Below, one piece after another: positions 25,554 through 31,111 of a stretch of DNA of 31,111 nucleotides; within the stretch, counting starts at the first letter, position 1, and each line of letters starts with the position of its first letter. The DNA is from an uncultured Burkholderiales bacterium (GTDB taxonomy: Bacteria > Pseudomonadota > Gammaproteobacteria > Burkholderiales > JALYOK01): NCBI GenBank assembly GCA_964539965.1, contig CAZILI010000003.1, positions 1 through 31,111 of the forward strand, read 5' to 3'. A program made the translations under genes and the position numbers. The notes beneath the pieces were generated by a model. It was not told where the DNA came from and did not search any database. It saw only the letters and a program-made list of their open reading frames with translations.

Positions 25554-26385
25554 TTACAGGTAGTCCTTGCCGCGCCGGCCGTAGTCGGCCGCGCGAGACA
25601 CCCGCGACATGAGCGCCTCGTTGGCGACACCGGCGAGCGTCTCGGGCGCCGCCCCGTCGCGCAGCGCTTTCATGGTTTGATACAGCGCCTGCACCGAGGC
25701 GGCGAATGGCTGATGTCCCTGCAGGCACACGCGCACGCCGCGCGCGGCGAGGTAGTCGAGGTCGCGCAACTCCTTGCCCACGCCGCCCAAGATCAGCGGC
25801 AATTTGATCGAGGCCGCGACGGTGTCGAGTTCTTGTCGAGTCTTGATGCCGACCAAGAAAATGGCATCCACGCCGGTGTCTTGGTACGCCTTGGCCCGCT
25901 CGATGGCCTCCGCGAGGTCGCTGATCCAGGCCGGGATCGGCGCGTGCGGCGAGCGCCGCGCGCAGCTTGCCGACGCCCTCTTGCACCGACACGAGCTGAG
26001 CTTTGCCGCTCGAGCCGTACGCTTGCGGCAGCAGCGTATCCTCGATAGACAACGCCGCCACGCCGGCGGCTTCGAGTTCTTCCACCGTGCGCATCACGTT
26101 CATCGCGTTGCCGTAGCCGTGATCGGCATCGCACAGCAACGGCAGCTCGCCGGCTCGGCCGATGCGATGCGCCTGCTCGGCGAACTCTGTCAAAGTGAGC
26201 AACACGATATCCGGCGCGCCCAACACCGCGAGTGAGGCGATAGAGCCGGCCAGCATGGCGACCTCGAAGCCGAGAGCTTGCGCGATGCGCACCGACACCG
26301 GGTCGTGCACCGATGCGGGGTAGACACATCGATCACCGGAGATGATCTGGCGAAACGCCGCGCGGCGCGCATTCCAAGCTGACAT
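25554..26385 (-). pseudogene. ICL/PEP-mutase family (oxaloacetate decarboxylase-like) gene broken by a frameshifting internal deletion near 25926
   Basis: The N part (GSIAS, DADHGYG, SIED) reads to ...ARADPGL. The family sequence resumes in another frame as [23 protein letters not shown]...to the stop at 25554. The span is 832 nt (not a multiple of 3) and the expected VIAGRTSA-type segment is missing. Confidence 0.8.
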
Positions 26386-26407
26386 TGCGACTGCCTCCTC
26401 TACGTGA

Positions 26408-27352
26408 CTAAGCCTTGAGCGCTCCCAACCAGCGCAAGGTGCGGTTCATGCTGGCGGTCTTGTCCGCGCCCACGGGCAGGACGGAAAGTATCAACTCGTC
26501 GCAGCCCGCGACGCTCAGAAAATCCGCGATCTTACGCTCGCACGCCGCCTCGTCGCCATGCAGCAGCACGGCGTCGAGCATCGGCTGCGACCAGCCGCCC
26601 GAGCGCGCTTGCGGGAATCCGGCCGCGACGAACATCTCCTGATAGTTGGTGAGTTTGGGATAGTGGATCAGATACTCCTGCACCGCGGTATCCAGCGGCG
26701 CGCCTTCGGGGTTCAGCGCTACGAAAGCGTGGCCCACGAGCTTGGGACGCGGGCGCCCCTTGGCTGCGCGCTCGAAGGCCGGCAGGGCGACATCGCGCAG
26801 ATAGCGCGCCGGACAAAGCCAAGTGACCGCGCCGTCGGCGATCTCTCCGGCCAAGGCGAACGAATTGGCGCGCAGCGCCGAAATGATCACCGGCACCGGT
26901 GCCGCATGGAACAGCTTGGCGTGCACGCGAAAACCTGCGCCCTCGTGGTCGACTTGCTCGCCGCGCAACAGCGCCTTTACGACGGTGACGAACTCGCGCA
27001 GATGGGTGAGAGGACGATCGTAGGCGATACCGTAGCGCCCCTGCATGATGGCCGCATGGCTGGGACCCAAGCCCAACGTGAAACGGCCCGGCGCAAGCGA
27101 GTGCAGGTCGGCGGCCTGCTGTGCCACCACCAGCGGGTGACGCGGAAAAGTCGGCACGATAGCGGTGCCGAAGCGGATGGATTTTGTCGTGGCCGCCGCC
27201 GCGGCGAAGACAGTCAAGCCGTCCGGCCCCGCGCCGGTGGTGAGCCACACCTTGCCTACGCCGGCGGCTTCCGCTTCGCGAATTCCCGCCAACATCGCGG
27301 CGGCGTCTCGTTGGTGTAGTGCCGCGCCGATCTTGTCGCCGATCATCCCCAT
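26408..27352 (-). CDS. LLM-class flavin-dependent oxidoreductase
   Basis: [35 protein letters not shown] and AGEIADG. Start set at ATG 27352 after GGGGGA. Confidence 0.88.
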   Translation of the reverse strand: MGMIGDKIGAALHQRDAAAMLAGIREAEAAGVGKVWLTTGAGPDGLTVFAAAAATTKSIRFGTAIVPTFPRHPLVVAQQAADLHSLAPGRFTLGLGPSHAAIMQGRYGIAYDRPLTHLREFVTVVKALLRGEQVDHEGAGFRVHAKLFHAAPVPVIISALRANSFALAGEIADGAVTWLCPARYLRDVALPAFERAAKGRPRPKLVGHAFVALNPEGAPLDTAVQEYLIHYPKLTNYQEMFVAAGFPQARSGGWSQPMLDAVLLHGDEAACERKIADFLSVAGCDELILSVLPVGADKTASMNRTLRWLGALKA

Positions 27353-27576
27353 AACCCAATCCCCCGAATCGCAAAGCACCCACCGCAGCCGACTTGCGGT
27401 CCCGATGCCGCATTGTCATGGCGCGGGCCTCGGATGGCAAGCCTCGCCTTCCTTCGATCACAAACGCCCGCACCGCGCATGCGCGACGGGCCAAAGAACC
27501 TTTTCCCGACTTGCAGCAACTAAGGGATCGGCACCGGTTCCGGCGCCCATATCGCCAAATTTGGGAGCTTCAAGCT

Positions 27577-28176
27577 ATGGCGAAAGCACAAATCGATTGG
27601 AACGACCTACCCCGACTGATGGACGAGGCACGCGCGACCGCTCGCCGCCTGCTTCGGCGCGAGCGCAACGCGCATTCACTGCCGACTACGGCGTTGGTGC
27701 TGACCGGACTGCGACGGCAAAGACTGGTCGGACAAGACTGGGACGAAGTCGCCTGGCCGGACCCCGAGCGCTTTCTCGCTGCTCTGTACCGCGCCATGGA
27801 GCGAGCCTTGCAGGATCATGGCCGGCGACGCAGGGCGAAGAAGCGCCGCGCGTTGCAGTGGGTCAACATCGAAGAGCTAACGACAGAGGAGGCGCTGCGC
27901 ACCGCGCAGTTTCAATTGCACGACGTCGACCGCTCAATCGAAGAGTTCCCCGAGACCTGGGAAGCCTTGTCAGAGGCGCTCGAGGCGTTGGAGCGAGAGC
28001 ACCCCGCCTGGGCCGGCGTTGCCAGACATCGCTATTACGGCGCGCTGACGATCGAGCAAACCGCCCAACTCATGGGGGTCGCCGAGCGGACGGTGCGCCG
28101 GCAATGGGAGAAGGCTCGGGTGTTGCTGCACGACGAAATCCTCCGCAATCTGCGTGCCCTCGGTCACGACATCTAG
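27577..28176 (+). CDS. ECF sigma factor of the kinase-activated type (ECF43/TIGR02999-like)
   Basis: ARRLLRRER.AHSLPTTALV, RRRRAKKR, and region 4 RYYGALTIEQTAQLMGVAERTVRRQWEKAR. Start set at ATG 27577. Confidence 0.85.
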   Translation: MAKAQIDWNDLPRLMDEARATARRLLRRERNAHSLPTTALVLTGLRRQRLVGQDWDEVAWPDPERFLAALYRAMERALQDHGRRRRAKKRRALQWVNIEELTTEEALRTAQFQLHDVDRSIEEFPETWEALSEALEALEREHPAWAGVARHRYYGALTIEQTAQLMGVAERTVRRQWEKARVLLHDEILRNLRALGHDI

Positions 28177-28187
28177 CTGTGCGACAC

Positions 28188-29153
28188 TTGAGCGAGCGGC
28201 AGTGGAATACGTACTTCCGGGTTGTCGAGCGCGTGCGGCGTTTGCCTCCAGCACAGCGCCCCGCGGCGTTACAGTCGCTGCGCGAGGAGATCACCGACCG
28301 GGACGTCGCCTCCCTCGTCGACTTGCATTTTTGCTTGCCGCCCGAGTTTGATCGTCGTCGCGACGGTGAGCGCATTCGTAACTTCGTGCTGCGCGAGCCG
28401 CTCGGGCGCGGCGGCATGGGCGTGGTCTATCGAGCCGTGCAACAGTTCGCGCCCGGCGTCGAACGTGAAGTCGCGGTCAAGCTGATCCATCCCGAACTTC
28501 TGCTGGGCGAGGGGCGTGAAGCGGCGCGACGCTTCAACGCCGAAATCGGCGCCCTGGTAAGGCTCGAGCACCCCGGTATTGCGAGGATCTACGACGGCGG
28601 CAGCTATCGCGACGACGCCACGGGCGAGCGGACGCTGTTCTTTGCGATGCAGTGGGTGCGTGGCGAGTCGCTGAATCGCTATGTCGCTCGCCATGGCGCG
28701 ACGATCGGGGTGGCGGGTGTCTTGCGCGTGTTCTTGAGGGCGTGCGATGCGCTCGAGCATGCGCACCGCAGCGGCGTGGTTCATCGAGACCTGAAACCGT
28801 CCAATATCTTGGTCGATGGCGACGGGCGGCCCCATGTCATCGACTTCGGCCTGGCGCGGGCACTCGACGATCCTGACGGTGGCGAAGCGCCTGGACAGAT
28901 CATCGGTACTCGCGGCTACCTCAGTCCCGAACGGCAAGCAGGAGAACCAAGCGCGCCGGCGAGCGATGTGTATTCGCTCGGCGTGATCCTGCGCGAACTG
29001 GCGTCCGACTGCGGCTGGGCGTTAGACGCAAACGATCAGTTGGCGCGCGTCATCGACAAGGCGACCGCCGCCGCCAAGGATCGGTATGCCTCGGTTGCCG
29101 CATTCGGCCGAGAGCTAATCAGTTGGTTGCGTGGCATCGGCGCCAAGAGTTGA
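28188..29153 (+). CDS. Hanks-type Ser/Thr protein kinase, cytoplasmic (no TM or sensor domain)
   Basis: LGRGGMGVVY, VAVK, HRDLKPSN, DFGLAR, GTRGYLSPE and DVYSLG. The N-terminal W..V....LPP.QR helix is typical of ECF43 partners. TTG start 11 nt after the sigma stop. Confidence 0.85.
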   Translation: MSERQWNTYFRVVERVRRLPPAQRPAALQSLREEITDRDVASLVDLHFCLPPEFDRRRDGERIRNFVLREPLGRGGMGVVYRAVQQFAPGVEREVAVKLIHPELLLGEGREAARRFNAEIGALVRLEHPGIARIYDGGSYRDDATGERTLFFAMQWVRGESLNRYVARHGATIGVAGVLRVFLRACDALEHAHRSGVVHRDLKPSNILVDGDGRPHVIDFGLARALDDPDGGEAPGQIIGTRGYLSPERQAGEPSAPASDVYSLGVILRELASDCGWALDANDQLARVIDKATAAAKDRYASVAAFGRELISWLRGIGAKS

Positions 29154-29284
29154 CCGGTTTTCTCGGACTTCGCGCCATTCATTAGTGGGAAGGCGTCGGC
29201 ACTCGGGCCGGCGCGTATTCCTGCCTTGCGCGCCGCTCACGCGAGCGGGAAGCGCGCCCTCAACCCTTTGCAGGAGACACCACG

Positions 29285-29776
29285 ATGAATCGGAGAACCA
29301 CTCTTATCGGACTAGCGCTCGCCGCGCTTGTATCTGCTCACGCGGGGGCGGCCCCAGACGGCAAGTCCCTACCGGGGGCCATGTGCCAGCCCTCGAACAA
29401 GGACCAAGTGATATTTCGCAATGCTCAGGGCCGTATGTACAACTCATCCAGCGCGCAACAGACCTGGATATGTCCTGTGGTCCGCGACGTCAACGGCGTT
29501 GCGGGGATTCTGGACGCCATGGTCGTAGTGGAGGACCGCAACGCCGGCGTCGGAAGTTCTTTCGACGTCCACTGCACTTTGAGCTCGCGCTCCGCAGACG
29601 GCGTCCAAATCGCCAGTCAGGCACAGGAAACCGACGGCGCACCAGGCGTTGCATCGCTCAACTACGCCGGGCTCGCCTCGGTCGACGACGGCTACTACTA
29701 CTTCGTGTGCAGCATCCCGGCGCAGGTCGGCGTCAATCGCTCTGGTATCGTGTCCTACCGCGTGCGCGAGAACTGA
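29285..29776 (+). CDS. Secreted hypothetical protein with 4 Cys
   Basis: AGGAG RBS, a clear signal peptide MNRRTTLIGLALAALVSAHA, and a beta-rich mature part. Confidence 0.75.
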   Translation: MNRRTTLIGLALAALVSAHAGAAPDGKSLPGAMCQPSNKDQVIFRNAQGRMYNSSSAQQTWICPVVRDVNGVAGILDAMVVVEDRNAGVGSSFDVHCTLSSRSADGVQIASQAQETDGAPGVASLNYAGLASVDDGYYYFVCSIPAQVGVNRSGIVSYRVREN

Positions 29777-29882
29777 CCGACGCATGCCTTGGCGGACGGC
29801 TATGGCCCGTCCGCCTGCCTGCGGGGTGACCGTCCAACTGTCACTCCCGCTAGAATGCGGCTTTCGCTCTTCGCTAGTCGCC

Positions 29883-30251
29883 ATGAGACTCAAGCCGCTG
29901 CGCCCACCGCCTTACTCACTCGACCGCGAGGTGCTCGAGCGCGAAGTCGAGGTCGAAGCATTTCGCGCCAGCGGGCCGGGCGGGCAGCACGTGAACAAGA
30001 CCTACTCCGCACTGCGCGTGGCGCATCCGCCATCGGGCGTGGTGGTCATCGCGCAAGACTCCCCTTCGCAAGTGCGCAACCGGGAACTTGCGTTCGAGCG
30101 ATTGATCGAGCGCTTGCGCAAGTTGAACCATGTGCGCAAGCGGCGCATTCCCACCAAGCCGAGCGCGGGCGCGCGGGAGCGCCGGCTCGAAGCCAAAAAG
30201 CGTGCCGGGGGACTCAAACTGGCGCGCGGAAAAGTCCATCTCGATACGTGA
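29883..30251 (+). CDS. arfB: Alternative ribosome-rescue peptidyl-tRNA hydrolase (YaeJ/ArfB-like)
   Basis: SGPGGQHVNK (GGQ), SQVRNRELA and a basic C-terminal tail RKRRIPTKPS...ERRLEAKK. Confidence 0.75.
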   Translation: MRLKPLRPPPYSLDREVLEREVEVEAFRASGPGGQHVNKTYSALRVAHPPSGVVVIAQDSPSQVRNRELAFERLIERLRKLNHVRKRRIPTKPSAGARERRLEAKKRAGGLKLARGKVHLDT

Positions 30252-30523
30252 GCGAGACTAAGCACCTGCGCGTATTCGGGCGCGTACAAGGCGTGGGCTA
30301 CCGCGCGGCGATGCTGCAGCAGGCGATGCGATGCAACGTCACCGGTTGGGTGCGCAATCGCGCCGACGGCAGCGTCGAAGCCCTCGTGCAAGGGACGCGC
30401 GAAGACGTGGCCGCGATGATCGAATGGGCCAATCGAGGCCCGCGCGGCGCGCGGGTCGAGCGCGTCGAAGTTGCCCTGGGCGAGGGCGTGCACACGCAGT
30501 TTAGCCTGCTGCCGACTCAATAG
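30248..30523 (+). CDS. acyP: Acylphosphatase
   Basis: GRVQGVGYR, GWVRNRADGSVE and GP..ARV; GTG start overlaps the arfB stop (GTGA). Confidence 0.88.
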   Translation: MSETKHLRVFGRVQGVGYRAAMLQQAMRCNVTGWVRNRADGSVEALVQGTREDVAAMIEWANRGPRGARVERVEVALGEGVHTQFSLLPTQ

Positions 30524-30723
30524 GTTTCAAGCGATCTACGCAGTTGCTTTGCTAGCGACGCCTGGCGCGGCATGGGCGACGACAAGCCGCTTGCCGATCC
30601 GATGACCCTCCCGCCTCTTGCGATTGACCGCCCGACTGCGCAGCGGTACAGTTTCCGCACGGTGAGGGGTTTTTGCGACCCGCGTGCCGGCCTGCTAATA
30701 GACTGAAAACGAAGGTGAGATTG

Positions 30724-31111
30724 ATGGCGATGACCGTTCTTCCCGTGACCGAGAATTTCGCCGCTGAGGTGGGTGATATCGATTTATCCGCGCCGTTGGC
30801 CGCGGCCGATCGCGCCGCCATCGATGAGGCGTTCAATCGCTACAGTGTGCTCGTGTTTCCCGATCAACGCTTGTCTATCGAGCAGCATCTGGATTTCGCG
30901 CGCAATTTCGGTCCGCTCGAGACGTCCGTGCACGCCTCACGCAGCGACACCAAGCTGCGCTTGCGTTCCGACTTGGGTGACATCTCGAATTTGGCGCTAG
31001 ACGGCAAGGTGTGGGGCGATCGGGATCGCAAGCGCTTGTATGAAATGGGCAATCGCTTGTGGCACACCGACAGCTCGTTCAAGCGCGTGCCGGGGAAGTA
31101 CTCGTTCCTGC
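30724..31111 (+). CDS. TauD/TfdA-family alpha-ketoglutarate-dependent dioxygenase, 3'-truncated (absent from the ORF track)
   Basis: My translation: MAMTVLPVTENFAAEVGDIDL...VLVFPDQ...FGPLE...DISNL...GNRLWHTDSSF (HxD iron motif). GAAGG RBS upstream. Confidence 0.88.
   Translation, partial: MAMTVLPVTENFAAEVGDIDLSAPLAAADRAAIDEAFNRYSVLVFPDQRLSIEQHLDFARNFGPLETSVHASRSDTKLRLRSDLGDISNLALDGKVWGDRDRKRLYEMGNRLWHTDSSFKRVPGKYSFL

Noticed and set aside
27577-29153. Link of the ECF43-kinase pair to type VI secretion, as in Xanthomonas
   Set aside because: No T6SS genes are in the window, so the regulon cannot be inferred.
30524-30723. Intergenic region before the TfdA-like gene as a riboswitch or sRNA
   Set aside because: I saw no recognisable aptamer motif or strong terminator hairpin; an Rfam/Infernal scan would be needed.
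1-31111. CRISPR arrays, tRNA/rRNA, transposases, integrases, defence systems
   Set aside because: I saw no spaced direct repeats, RNA-gene signatures or mobile-element motifs. Nearly all sequence is explained by protein-coding genes.

Overview
High-GC bacterial DNA (mid-60s % GC by eye), densely coding, about 32 genes. No rRNA, tRNA, CRISPR array or mobile element was recognised. Left end (1-5.1 kb): a truncated cytochrome P460-like gene, a VOC protein, an amidohydrolase, a Tat-type Rieske protein paired with a PQQ dehydrogenase, and a secreted four-repeat cyanovirin (CVNH)-like protein. The most interesting part is 5.1-17.8 kb. A consensus sigma54 promoter with an IHF site precedes about 10 kb of co-directional genes: a CrtC/AttH-lipocalin + GGPP-synthase-like fusion, YjbQ, two tandem GT1 glycosyltransferases, a coiled-coil protein, a membrane protein with a longin-like domain and OmpA-C domain, a Rab-like small GTPase, and a PP2C phosphatase. 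These are followed by a sigma54 activator with a degenerate receiver domain and an RsbW/RsbV-like pair. The right half holds a methanethiol oxidase cluster (mtoX, SCO, di-heme CCP/MauG-like, plus an amidohydrolase), a Cys-rich beta-propeller-type secreted protein, a frameshifted ICL/PEP-mutase-family gene with an internal deletion, an LLM oxidoreductase, an ECF43-type sigma factor with a sensor-less Ser/Thr kinase, arfB, acylphosphatase, and the start of a TfdA-like dioxygenase. All family assignments come from motif recognition by eye; no database searches were run.
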